A program made the translations under genes and the position numbers. Under the pieces are notes generated by a model, which saw only the letters and a list, made by a program, of their open reading frames with translations, was not told the DNA's origin and made no database searches. Positions 47,495 through 59,718 of a stretch of 64,000 bases of DNA are shown here, in pieces. Numbering within the stretch: position 1 is the first letter of the stretch; each line of letters begins with the position of its first letter. This DNA is from Eledone cirrhosa (lineage: Eukaryota): contig OZ024752.1 of the NCBI GenBank assembly GCA_964016885.1, positions 22,692,001 to 22,756,000 on the forward strand, written 5' to 3'.

Positions 47495-50386
47495 TCAATG
47501 AGACCCTTGTGCTTGTTTTTGATCCACAAGTTTAGAAATCCTTGGCTCTATGTGGCTCAAGCGAAGTCTCAAATCGGCATTGTTGTCGAGGATCAAACGC
47601 CTCCGCTGCTTTGTGTATGTGTGGAGGACAATGGAAAATCCCTTTTCAGCCAAGTAAGATGTAGGGAGATTTATTATGAAAGGCTCAACTTGTTCAAACA
47701 GCTTTGGCTCTTCTTGACAATGATTCAACCAAGCCTCGATCCAGTTAGGTTAAAAAAATTTACGCAGATTATCATCTACTGTTGCCTCACAGAGCTCCAT
47801 CTGAAGACATTCTGGTTGAACAAGTATGTCGTTCATAGACATTGTGTGAAGAGAATCCACAAAAATTGGGATATTTAAAGCCAAAATATCTTCAAAATGA
47901 TTATTGAAGTTTTCGTGAAGGAAAGATATATTTCTATTTATTGCCACAAGGGCGCAAAAGAAGGGGACAAATACAAGGGAGGGGGGAGTTTACACAAAAG
48001 AACAAGTAAAAAAAACAAATAACAAATATAAAATTAATAATAAAGTCCTCAATAGGGAGGAGGTGTTTTGGGGGGTCGCGCACACCCCCGAAAAAAGTGT
48101 GCAACCTTTCTCCTGAGGAGCACAGAGAGAGAGGGTGCTCCCTCGTTCCTTCATCTTTTCCATCTACAGGCTGATATAGAGAGAAGGCCCATTCACACGA
48201 GCCATTCTCGCCACTTTCACCCACCTTTCATAAAAACGACTGGGGTGGAACACCTCTCTCCCCATCCTGATCCTTCCGAAATGATATCGGAAGAAACGGA
48301 CCAGTTGTTGGCCAGAGAGAAAGGTGCCTGACCTCAGTCCTTTCAGATGCGTCCACCATACAACCTCTTTCACCATGGCTATTACGCACAGAAATACCGC
48401 CCCTCCTTCATTTTTGAAGGGGGGAGGCGGCTTAATCGTTACAATGGCTTCGGTGGTCAAACAGATCGATCCCACCCGTGACAGCAGTCATTCGACATAG
48501 CCCCACAGATCGGCCACGCCCGAGCAGTGTACCAATGCGTGTGCAACGGTTTCCTCGTTGCATCTGGGACAGATCTTTTTGGCGGGGTCCCTACCCGGGC
48601 GCCCGTGTCTGTAAAGCTTTTCTCGAACGGGTAGAGCCCCTCGGTAGCACTGCCAGGCTAGGGACTTCTGGAAGTTGTCCATAGGTCCCGGGCTGAATGT
48701 CCTACCGAACAGGCCGGCCAGTTCATCTTCCTCCATGTCTAGGGCTTCTCCGAGGGCGTCGTTGCACCTGCTGCATACCAGCCCGCTATAGAATGTCGAG
48801 GTGGAGTCTCCACTGATAACCGGGTCCGCTTGCCAGATGGCCGTGAGCGCCTGGGCACACTCAGTGTGCCAGGCGCCCAGTTTTCTCGGTCTTTGCAGCT
48901 CGGTGAGTGAGACGAGTCTGGGAAAGGTTCGTCTCACAAACGGGGCCCACACCGGTTGACCGGTGAAGAATACGTGGATGTGCCGTAGCCTTAATGCGTG
49001 GAAAGATAGATGCTCGATTATAGATTTGTGCAAGTCATTATCTACCACAATAGTTTTTAAGCTCTCGAACTGCGAAAAGTTATGATCTTCAATTTGAATT
49101 TTCCATAGAACGAGCTTATTCATGAAAGCCCTTATCAAGTGTTTGGCACGTACAACGTTGATGTTCTGCTTTTGCAAAGAAAGGTTGAGATCATTTAGTT
49201 TTTGAAAGATCTCATGTAAGTACAAAATTGTGGGTTTTTTCTCAGAAAGTAATGCTGTCGTAATTGGATCAGTCTGTTTGAAAAAATTCTATGACTTTAT
49301 CAAAGAGTGCAACAAAACGTCCAAGGCAGCTTCCCATTGATAGCCAGTGTATATCTGTCGAATACAACAGACGTTTGAACGTTTCATCTTTACAAGCTTC
49401 TTGGAAAAGCCTGTCCCGAAGACCAGATCTTTTGATCTTGTTGACTGCGGAAACAATTGTGTTAAGGATTTCAGAAAAGGTATAACTTCCGATTTTTTTT
49501 GCAATTAAATTTTCTCGATGGAGTACGCAATGAGTTGTGAAGATGTGATTAAATTCTCTCCATCTTGCAACAAAACCCTGGGATTTTCCAGCCTCTATGG
49601 TTGGAAAATCCCAGGATTTTGCACTGATGGAGTGCATATTGATATGATGTTGTGGGGATCAATGTTATTTTTAGTGAGAAAATCCATGACTGCATTGTAG
49701 ATTATCTCTCCAGTGTTTTTTAGTACAGTTGTCATAAAAAGTAGGTTTTCACAAACCGTGGTCCCTTTTACATAGCGAGCAAAAGCAAGCACAACACATT
49801 GGTTGTCAAAAGTGCTGTCATCCACCGTCAACGAAAATCTGCAGTGTCGCAATTCTTCTACAACTGTAGATTTGACATCTTTAACCATTTCAGAAATGCG
49901 GGAAGATACCGTGTTGTTGGAAAGTGGAATAGTTGCTAAAACTGAGGCAGCGTTCGACACATTAGCAACTTTATATCCTTCAAGTATTGAGGGCCTAATC
50001 AGGTCTTCACCAATGGTATGTGGGCGACCCTGTTTTGCTATCATGAGCGAAATGTTGTAGGATGCTTGCAGACCAGAACTGTTGTTAGCATGGGATAGGA
50101 AAATTTTCAGTGATGCAGATGACGCTTTTTTTTTTGCGAAGATATTCTTCGAAGTACTTCTTAGGCTTGCCATATAAATCGGGATGGACTTGGTTTTGAT
50201 GATACAATAATTTCGAAGGTTTCATTGAGTCGTTAGTTAACATATTTTTGAGCAGATGATACACTGTGGTGATGAAGGATCTTCTGCGCTGGATAAAAAA
50301 CCATATCTGATATAATCTGAGTTATATGGTCTACAAAATCGTTTTTCCGATTCGGTGAACGAAGAATTTAGAGAACGTTTTTCCAT
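47495..50386 (-). pseudogene. Buster/Charlie-type hAT transposase, frameshifted and interrupted by a LINE
   Basis: N-terminal YIRYGF..PQCIIC (BED finger), PHTIGEDLI, PLSNNTVSSRI, FSLTVDDST, HCVLHRE, IHWLSMG, PTSYLAEKGFS, QAQGSH*. Confidence 0.92.
47929..48999 (-). mobile_element. 5'-truncated L1/Tx1-group LINE (C-terminal CCHC region) inserted in the transposase
   Basis: 9-bp TSD GGAAAGATA at 47920-47928 and 49000-49008; LAWQCYRGALPV...CPRCNEETVAHALVHC; AATAAA at the 3' end. Confidence 0.85.
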
Positions 50387-50837
50387 ATCACTGACAACAA
50401 AATTTCTACAGACTACAATTAGACTAAGACTTGTGTAAAAATGTACTACCTGGGGAGATAATATGTTATGTTGGGTAAGCCGTAAGAACTGCTGTTTCGC
50501 TAGTAATCCTCAATTCAAAAGTCAGGTAGAAAACATGATCGTGTCGACCGGCCGAGAACACGCGATTTGTTGTGTGTTTTTATGCGTGCTAACGTCTGTA
50601 CGCGTCTGTACTTGTCTGGTACGCGTCCGTGTATGATTGGATAGCTAATCGTCCAATAGGAAAGGCGTGCTCTCAAGTGCACTCACAGGTGCAAGGTGTA
50701 ATGTGGCATGTTTCATTTGTGTGACGTGTACGGAAGAATTTAAATTTTTCAGGTGGTCCACAGCAAATTTTCTGTGGACCACATGAATTTTCCTGTGGAC
50801 CACTAGTGGTCCACATGGACCAGGTTGAGAACCCCTG

Positions 50838-51100
50838 CTTTATGGTATTCATTCCAGCTCTCTGCTCTCTGAGTTCAAATCTCGCTGAGGTCAACTTTGC
50901 CTTTCATCCTTTCGAGGTTGATAAAAAAAGTACCAGTCTAGTACTGGGGTTGATTCTTCCTCTATATTTCTTTCTCACTTCCCCTCTCACTTTCTATTTT
51001 TCTCTGGAAGAAATCTGCTCTACTCAGGCCTGGAGAGGGATGGGCTCCACCAGGCTTAAAATGCCCAAGAAACGCTGTATGCCAGACTCTATTAGGAGTT
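50838..51100 (+). mobile_element. Body of a SINE whose head lies at 46678-46724 (split by the hAT)
   Basis: The joined halves match the uninterrupted copy at about 54275-54585. Confidence 0.85.
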
Positions 51101-52214
51101 ATGAGACAATACATAAAATTATGTAGGAGTGTTGAATTGGTTGAGTCATTAGAACATCAAATAGAATGCTTTGCAGTATTTGTCCCTGCTGCCTGTACTT
51201 AAATCCTACCAAAGTCAATTTTACCTTTCATCTATTCGAAGTTGATAAAAAAAAACGTACCAGTCCAGCACTGAGGTTAATTCTTTCTCTATATCTCTTT
51301 CTCACTCCTCACCTCTCTCTATCTTACTCTGGAAGAAATTGGCTTGTGTTCAGACCTGGAGATGGGGGAGGGCTCCTGGTGACATTTTTTTATTTGCAAA
51401 TTGGTTGATATAATGCTACTGTTGATCTGCAGCCAATGAGTAGGCAGGTTAACTGTAATCAATTAGATAAGCCACAAAATGAGCTGTTTCATTTGCACAT
51501 CAAGATCATATTTTCTCTTTTTCTAAATCCAAGAATTTTTTTCAACATGCTGATGTGTATATGTATATGTGTGTATGTGCATATGCATACATTTATATGT
51601 ATGAATATATAAATATAAACACACAAACACAGACACTTACAAAAATACACACTCACAGACATATATTCACACACACACATACATTTACACAAACACACAC
51701 ATGCACATACAATCACCCAGCATAGCAAATGGAACGCCAGCTGTTGTTTTGCTATAGTTTTTTCACCATCCCCTTCTTTCTTTTTACACACGGGTGGATG
51801 GAAGTCGCTCAAATTCATATATAGATAAGTGATTTACTATAGAAACATCTTTTCATTTCATTGTTTTTTCTCTTCCTTTTTAGTTTTTATATAATGTCAA
51901 TGTTTTTCATGATATTCTGATATTTTGTACATTGAATATGTTTGTCTTTATGTTTAGTTGTTAAACTGATATACTTTGAATAAATGAAAGGAACTATCAG
52001 CATCCTCCTAAAATTATGATTATGAAATATCTTAGAGTTGACTGAAGGAAAAAAAAAACCTTTAGTAGTTTTTTTGAGTCACAACAGTTGGGAGGAAAAG
52101 GGTAGAGGAAATATACTTTATTTCTGTATCAAATCATATCTATAATATTAAAGAAATAGAGAGAAAGTGACGTCCAAATTAGTATCTTCCACCTCCAACT
52201 AACTTACCCTCCGC

Positions 52215-52695
52215 CTCTGGGTCCCAGCCAATAGGATGGAGAATACATTGCTCTGGAGGACGGTGTGGGAGACACACTGGAATAGCTATTCCACCACGTG
52301 GGGCTCGCACCTGCAGGCAGACAACTCCACTCTGACAGCAGTAAGTAGGGATGTGGCCAAGAGTCCAAGAACACTGGAAATTTCCACTGCTACAGGCTCT
52401 ACCACAAACCTATCAGAGAGCGGCTGATACTTGGACAGTTTGCCTTCTTTGGCGGAACGGGAAGATTGTGATGCTGTCTGGCCTATTGCCATCCCCTCAG
52501 TCCAGCCTCTCTGGTTTGAGTTGAGAAGGGAACCCTAAACCGCCCACGCCATGTTTTATGATCTCATTGAGAGCCACATGGCATGGGAAGTGGCCAGACT
52601 GTAATGGCATGACAGTGGGTGGAGGCTGAAAGGATCCACAGTGGTACCGCAGTGACATTTGTGAGGTTCACAGACGCGGAGGCCAGGCCTTAGAG
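52215..52695 (-). pseudogene. Decayed CRE-like element C-terminus (zinc knuckle and RLE)
   Basis: GLRVCEPHKCHCGTTVDPFSLHPLSC ... HVALNEII ... KLSKYQPLSDRFVVEPVAVE. Confidence 0.7.
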
Positions 52696-53043
52696 ATGAT
52701 AAAAAAACTTATTTGAAACTTGGTACAAGTTTGTATCATACTGGAAGTGCTGAGCTGTTGAATCATATTGAGTTATTATGCTTTTTTCTGCGTTACATCA
52801 CACTGGTAGCTTATCACATTAGACATCACATTAGTAGCTTATCACACTAGACATAATGCCAAAAGCTGGTTTGTATTCCTTCTCTACTTAATCATGTTAA
52901 GTTGATTGCTATCATGTCAGTGTCACCATTTTGTAGAAAATTATGTCACAAAAGCTATTCACTGGAGATCAATTGATTTTTCACTTTCTCCTCACAATTT
53001 TGTTGCTCTGTACCAACGAAAAAATAAATGAACAACAACTATA

Positions 53044-53432
53044 ATAATTGTTTCTACTTTTGGCAAAAGGCCAGCAATTAGCCAGTGCATGACTGGTACT
53101 TTATTTTATCGACCCCGTAAAGATGAAAGGCAAAGTTAACCTCGGCGAGATTTGAACTCAGACCATAAAGGGACGTATCTCTGCTGGAAAGCATGGCATC
53201 CAACTCTGTACCGATACTGCCAATTCACCGCTCTTAATAACAATAACAATGGTTACTGATTTAGGCACAAGGTCAACAGTTTTGGAGAAAGGGAAAGTCG
53301 ATTAAATCGACCCCCAGTGCATTACTGGTACTTTATATATACTTTATTATCGACCCCGTAAGGATGAAAGACAAAGCTAACCTCGGCAAGATTTGAACTC
53401 TGAATGTAAAGGGACGTAACTATATGCTGAAA
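53044..53432 (-). mobile_element. Two tandem tRNA-derived SINE copies
   Basis: Reverse complements of the 21410 family at about 53044-53232 and 53250-53432. Confidence 0.85.
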
Positions 53433-54274
53433 AGCATATAATAATAATAATAATAATAATAAAGAATTTTTCTTCTCCTCCTTTTTGGGAGAGTCATGCG
53501 GGCAGAATCTTGAGACATGCGTTCCAGAGAGCCCAATCAAAAGTAACCATTTCCAAATGATCCATTTGTATCCCCAAGCTCACGATCTTATCCTACCATC
53601 CTGCATGGGGTCTATTTCTAGATTTCCAACGATTGACTTTGTCCATAAAATATGTCCTGTGATTCTTTAGGTATTCTAACCACATGTCCAAAGTACTGGA
53701 GTTATGATATCTTGATTCAGATAAGTAGCAGCTCTATCTGGAACAATTTCCTGATATCTGAGCTACACTGCCTGATCTCCAAAGAACTTTCAGTAGAATC
53801 TCATTGTGTTCTTTAGGTCATTGTCCAAGATTCATGACCATATATAAAGGTAGGCATGAACACCGAATTGAAGATAGAGCATTTGGCTTTTTACACCTAC
53901 CTCTCTTCTGATGAGTGAGAGCTGAATTTGGCACTTTACTGGACCAGTTTCCAGCAATTCTTGCACTTAATTCAACCTCCAGCTACAAGTCATTTACATA
54001 CTCATACAAGGTTAATAGCTGGACATTACTTACCAGAGTAAAGAAGATTCATTAGTCTTGCAGTGGACAAGGCAAACTTCATGTTGGTGCCACAAAATAT
54101 ACTCAGTGCACTCTTTAAAGTTGTTGCTGTATGTATGCAGTGTTGGGTAGAAATGACTCTTTAGTCTTGTCAAGGACATGACAACTTCTCTTGGGTTAGT
54201 GACATGATAATATGCACCCTGTACTTTGTAAAATGTTTGGCATTAGGAAAAGCCTATAACTATAGAAAGGCAAT

Positions 54275-54585
54275 GAATTGATTAAGTTAGAATGTCAGAT
54301 AGATTGCTTTGTGGTATTCGTTCTGGCTCTCTGCTCTCTGAGTTCAAATCCCATCGAGGTCAACTTTGCCTTTCATCCTTTTGAGGTCAATAAAAAGTAC
54401 CAGTCTAGTACTGGGGTTGATTCTTCCTCTATATCTCTTTCTCACTTCCTCTTTCATACTTTCTATCCTTCTCTGGAAGAAATCTGCTGGTCTCAGGTGT
54501 GGAGAGAAATGGGCTCCACCAGGCTTAAAATGCCCAAGAAATGCCATATGTCAATATGGCACCTCTACGACTCCATCAGGAGGTA
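54275..54585 (+). mobile_element. SINE variant with an extended alternative 3' region
   Basis: B box and central domain, followed by a segment shared with 50950-51100, 51280-51375 and 41775-41860. Confidence 0.75.
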
Positions 54586-55254
54586 TGGAACAAGAAGAGA
54601 AGAAGATAGCCATAGATGTCAAAAAACAGGAGGGCAGTAATTTCATAAAAGAACAACAAACAGAGTTTGTTTCGACTCAACCAAGCTATGCCACCATGGG
54701 AAGTAGATATAAAAGGATGGTGATGATGACATTTTTACATTGTATACTAATTTATGTCTTCAATTATCTCGAATTAAGCCAGGTTTCAAATTACCATACC
54801 AGATGGTGCCATTAGTTAGAAAACTTTGTATGAGATAGCTCAGTTATTCCAGTTGAATAAAACCTACCTCACGTATACTTAGCTTAGTAACATGCTTGGA
54901 AGAACACTGTTGGAGGGCATAGTGTGGATGTATTGATTTTAACATTACAGTTATTGTCCTTCCTTTGTTTTACACACACACACGTGTATGAGTGGTGGTG
55001 GTGGTGGTGGGGAGCAACATTTTCTTTCACACATGCAAATGCTTTTATCGACTTCACAATATCTCATAAATCTATCTTAAATCATGCTTTATATATATGT
55101 GTGTGTGTGTGTTAGTGTTTCTGTGTGTGTTTGTGTTTAACCTAAATACAATCCTACATAAAATTTGCTCCTTATTAAGAAAAAATGATGCAATGATCAT
55201 GGCATTCCATCCATGACTATCTTTTATTTATTTTTGGACTTCATTATACTTCTT

Positions 55255-55610
55255 CTTTTCTTCATCCACTTATTCCTGAGAGGATTGTGGAGACAGAGTC
55301 TTCAAATGCTCCTTTCAGCAGGCCCTATCAGCAGAAACCATTTCCAACTGATCTGGCTGGATCCCCAAGTGTGACCAGCCAAGTTCATGGATGTTATCCA
55401 ACCATCTTGTTTGGGGTCTACCCCTAAGTCTCCTACCTGTTGGTTTCGCCCGTAAAATCTGTCCAGTGATTCTTACCTGAGATATTCTAACCACATGTCT
55501 ATAGTATCGGAGCTGTGATCTCTCAATTTGGAGAAATAGCGGCTCTACCTGAAGTCACTCCAGGTAGAACCGCTACTTCTTTGATTTGAGAGATCACACC
55601 TCCGATACTT
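55255..55610 (-). mobile_element. RTE-like 3' fragment (another family) ending in an imperfect 105-bp fold-back
   Basis: Minus strand GRPQTRWLDNI; 55504-55550 pairs with 55561-55609. Confidence 0.6.
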
Positions 55611-55984
55611 CATTATCCAATGTTTCTTTTTTTGAAGCAACTAGTGTATTTGAGGGGAATTTGGCTCTATTTCTAATAGATTGACAGCTTACTTAAAATT
55701 TTCCTCCTATGTAGGTGACAGTAGTGTTGTCTATCATAGAAATGTTTTTTATTGACTTTGCTTTCGCATAGTCCTTTGTTTAATGTGGCTATGTATGTGT
55801 GTGTGTGCTTGTGTGGATGTTTGTGTGTGTGTGTGTGTGTGTTGCATGTATGTGTGTTTGTGTATGTGTACTTGTGTGTGTGTGCTTGCATGGGTGTTTG
55901 TGTGTGTGTGCATGTGTTAGTTTGTGCGTGTGTATGCTTGTGTGGGTGTGTTTATGTATGTGTGTGTATTAATTTGTGTAATTT

Positions 55985-56172
55985 ATAATTGTTTCCACAT
56001 TTGGCACAAGGCCAGCGATTATCCCAGTTTGTTACTGGTACTTTATTTTATCAACCCCATAAGGATGAAAGGCAAAGTTAACCTCGGCGGGATTTGAACT
56101 CAGCACATAAAGGGCCATAACTCTATGCTGCAAAGCATTGCGTCCGACCCTCTATCAATACTGCCAAACCAC
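55985..56172 (-). mobile_element. tRNA-derived SINE
   Basis: Reverse complement of the 21410 family. Confidence 0.85.
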
Positions 56173-56275
56173 TTATAATGGAGGCTAAGTCTTCTTTCAT
56201 ATAGTATTGTCTATAAGACAAATAGTTTTATTGACTTTATATGTATTGATATCATGTAACTCCTCTTAATAGAGC

Positions 56276-57080
56276 TATGTTAACATGTGTATATATGTCT
56301 ACACCATGTTAACATGTGTATATATGTCTACACTATGTTAACATGTGTATATATGCCTACACCATGTTAACATGTGTATATATGTCTACACCATGTTAAC
56401 ATGTGTATATATGTCTACACTATGTTAACATGTGTATATATGTCTACACCATGTTAACATGTGTATATATGTCTACACTATGTTAACATGTGTATATATG
56501 TCTACACTATGTTAACATGTGTATATATGTCTGCACCATGTTAACATGTGTATATACGTCTACACCATGTTAACATGTGTATATATGTCTGCACCATGTT
56601 AACATGTGTATATATGTCTGCACCATGTTAACATGTGTATATATGTCTACACTATGTTAACATGTGTATATATGTCTACACCATGTTAACATGTGTATAT
56701 ATGTCTGCACTATGTTAACATGTGTATATATGTCTGCACCATGTTAACATGTGTATATATGTCTGCAACATGTTAACATGTGTATATGTGTCTGCACCAT
56801 GTTAACATGTGTATATATGTCTACACCATGTTAACATGTGTATATATGTCTGCACCATGTTAACATGTGTATATATGTCTACACCATGTTAACATGTGTA
56901 TATATGTCTACACTGTTAACATGTGTATATATGTCTACACTGTTAACATGTGTATATATGTCTACACCATGTTAACATGTGTATATATGTCTGCAGCATG
57001 TTAACATGTGTATATATGTCTACACCATGTTAACATGTGTATATATGGCTACACCATGTTAACATGTGTATATATGTCCA
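56276..57080. repeat. 29-bp minisatellite, about 28 copies (YATGTTAACATGTGTATATATGTCTRCAC)
   Basis: Period counted from successive TTAACATG motifs. Confidence 0.97.
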
Positions 57081-57274
57081 TTCATGTGTATATAGATTGC
57101 ATGTTAACAAGGCTATGAAAATGTGTATATATGTCCATACTATGTAAACATGTGTATATATGTCCATTTATTTATCCTGTATAGAATGTATGTTAATAAG
57201 GCTATGTCAACGTATATATATATATGTGTGTGTGTATACAATGTATGTGAAACTGTAAACATGTATAGGACATG

Positions 57275-57632
57275 TGTTTGTATATAATGTATGGAAGATT
57301 ATATAAACATGTGTATACATGGCCATTTCAACATGTATGTATATACAATGTATTTAAGACTATATAAATGTGTGTATATATGGCCATTTCAACATGTATG
57401 TATATACAATGTATGTAAGACTATATAAATGTGTGTATATATGGCCATTTCAACATGTATGTATATACAATGTATGTAAGACTATATAAATGTGTGTATA
57501 TATGGCCATTTCAACATGTATGTATATACAATGTATTTAAGACTATATAAATGTGTGTATATATGGCCTTTTCAACATGTATGTATATACAATGTATGTA
57601 AGACTATATAAATGTGTGTATATATGGCCATT
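57275..57632. repeat. 61-bp minisatellite, about 6 copies
   Basis: GGCC recurs at 57321, 57382, 57443, 57504, 57565 and 57626. Confidence 0.95.
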
Positions 57633-57726
57633 TATTCATATGTGTGTATAGAATGTCAGTAAATGTTTCATGCTAATTATATTGTATGGTATTGACATCT
57701 GTTGTGTATATATCTGCTATGTATAT

Positions 57727-57934
57727 ATCATCATCATCATCATCATCATCATCATTTTACGTCCGCTTTTCCCTGCTTGCAAGGGTGGGACGGGTCTTAT
57801 TCAGCACAGCATCTCTCCACTCGTCACGGTCCCTCGTCAGCTCCACCGTGAGCTTCAATGATCTGAGGTCTGTTCTCACCACCTCCGCCCATGTTTTTCG
57901 TGGTCTACCTCTACCACGTCTTCCTTCAACTGGC

Positions 57935-57935
<1 letters not shown>
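57727..57935 (-). mobile_element. Short RTE-type 3' fragment with (GAT)n tail, between TA tracts
   Basis: Minus strand GRRGRGRPRKTWAEV, 3' stem-loop, (GAT)n; relatives at 29320-29368 and 59116-59285. Confidence 0.8.
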
Positions 57936-57972
<37 letters not shown>

Positions 57973-58524
57973 ATATATCTGGTTTTCCAAGCTGGTATGG
58001 ATTGGATGTAACATTTTGAGGTCGTGTTTTTCGACCAGATGCTGTTCTTGATGCCAACCCCTGTAGTTACCTCTTGTGACATACAAGAAAGCAGTGTATA
58101 CCTATTCTAAAAACCAGATACACCCAGACTGGGTGTATCCTGGTTTAAAACATGTGTTCAGGCATAGCCAAAGTTTGCTTTAGAATCATTGAAATTCTGG
58201 GTTCAATGTCTCTAAAAAAGACAGAAAAAAAACATAAAAATGAAAGAAAAACAGTAAGTAAGCATATTCAGAGAGTTCATAGTAAAGATTATATGTTGTT
58301 GTTGTCTTTCACCATATTTGAATTCGATTTTTCCCCCAATAAATTTTTGGGATTCACAATTTCCAGACGGGCTTCCTATTGTACAAGAGTGACTAAACAA
58401 AAATATAAAAACAACACATGCAGAATTTACAGTTTTCTAAATCATGCCAAACAAAGTTGAGAGGACCCATCAGTCACAACACAACAAGCTCCCTACTGTT
58501 TGTGTCATTATTTCACTCAGACTT

Positions 58525-58751
58525 TTAACCCTTTCATTATAATATTTCAGATCAGTTGAAAATAATAAAGAATTTGAAAGGATTTAGTAAAATGACCAAC
58601 TTCCTTATTATTAAGCTGATGTTTAGTATATAAAGTTCCAAAAATTCTTATATAAAATTATGATGCAAGATTTTCAGTTAAATATAAACACTTTAAAACA
58701 AGCAGCTTTGTATCATAGGAGTTGGGTTTTTATTACTATCAAAAGGGTTAA
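58525..58751. mobile_element. piggyBac-like MITE (family 2)
   Basis: TTAA-CCCTTT ... AAAGGG-TTAA; a partial relative starts near 46255. Confidence 0.75.
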
Positions 58752-59648
58752 TTTATGTCCACACAACAATATATACACACAACCTCATATATAGATATAT
58801 TCACAACCTCCTTCTTATTCTCTAGACAGCAGCATAACTACTCCAACATTATATCAATCATCTACAGCCTGGCTCTAAAACAATGGGCTTGAAGTAGTAC
58901 TTACCAAATCCATTGTCTCACTTCTTATAGAAATCATCAAATACAATCAACTATCACATTCAACATAAACATACCATACACACATACATGCGTACATACA
59001 AACACATGAAACAAAAGTACTAAGAGGAGTTATATATACAATGCCTGCACAACATTCATAGTGCACATAAAAACAGTAAAGAAAGGAAAACGACTCACAT
59101 GATTACTTTGTACATTCATCATCATCATCATGTCTGTTTTTCCATGCTTGCATAGATTGGACAGGTCCTTTTCACACAGCATCTATCCATGTTCCTTTCT
59201 CATCTCCTCTGTGAGACTCAGTGATTTGAGGTCAGCTCTCACAACCTCTTCCCAGGTCTTCCTTGGTCTACCTCTACTGTGGCTTCCTAAGTATCTAATT
59301 GTAAAAAGGGATGCTAAAATATTAATAGGGAGAGAAGGCAGTAAGATGTTAGATGTTAGTTAACTTTATATCAATCTTAATCGGGCAAACATATGTGTCC
59401 TAGCCATTACCAACCTGTCCTAAGTGGCATTGCATATCTAGGACTACATTATCCAATGTGATGCATTTCCCTTTTTAAAATAGTAGGGCACAAATTAAGG
59501 GATCCAATAAAGACTTCTTTGTTAGATGGAAAGAAAGAAAGTGAGAGAGAGAGAGAGAGAGAGAATTATACATCCACCACACACATTCATATATATATAT
59601 ATATGAATATAAAAGAAGAAATTAAAAGGAGGTTAAAGAAGTTCCATA

Positions 59649-59718
59649 TATTTTATTAATCGCATTTCGAAAACAACATCATCCTGGGACAAAAATTGTG
59701 TTCTCATCAGATAAAATA
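59649..59718 (-). ncRNA. Type I hammerhead motif
   Basis: Minus strand: tattttat CTGATGA gaacacaa...ttgttttc GAAA tgcgat TA ataaaata; 8-bp stem I, imperfect stem III. Confidence 0.62.

Larger units (their letters stand above)
46725..50837 (-). mobile_element. hAT DNA transposon, Buster/Charlie group, both ends present
   Basis: 16-bp TIRs CAGGGGTTCTCAACCT; 8-bp TSD CTTTATGG (46717-46724 and 50838-50845) with central TA; subterminal TGTGGACCAC repeats. Confidence 0.95.

Noticed and set aside
48488-49225. 245-aa transposase/zinc-knuckle fusion ORF
   Set aside because: Chance in-frame junction of a LINE insertion with a clear 9-bp TSD inside an already frameshifted transposase.
56276-57632. CRISPR-like array
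   Set aside because: Head-to-tail tandem units with no unique spacers, no cas genes, eukaryotic context.
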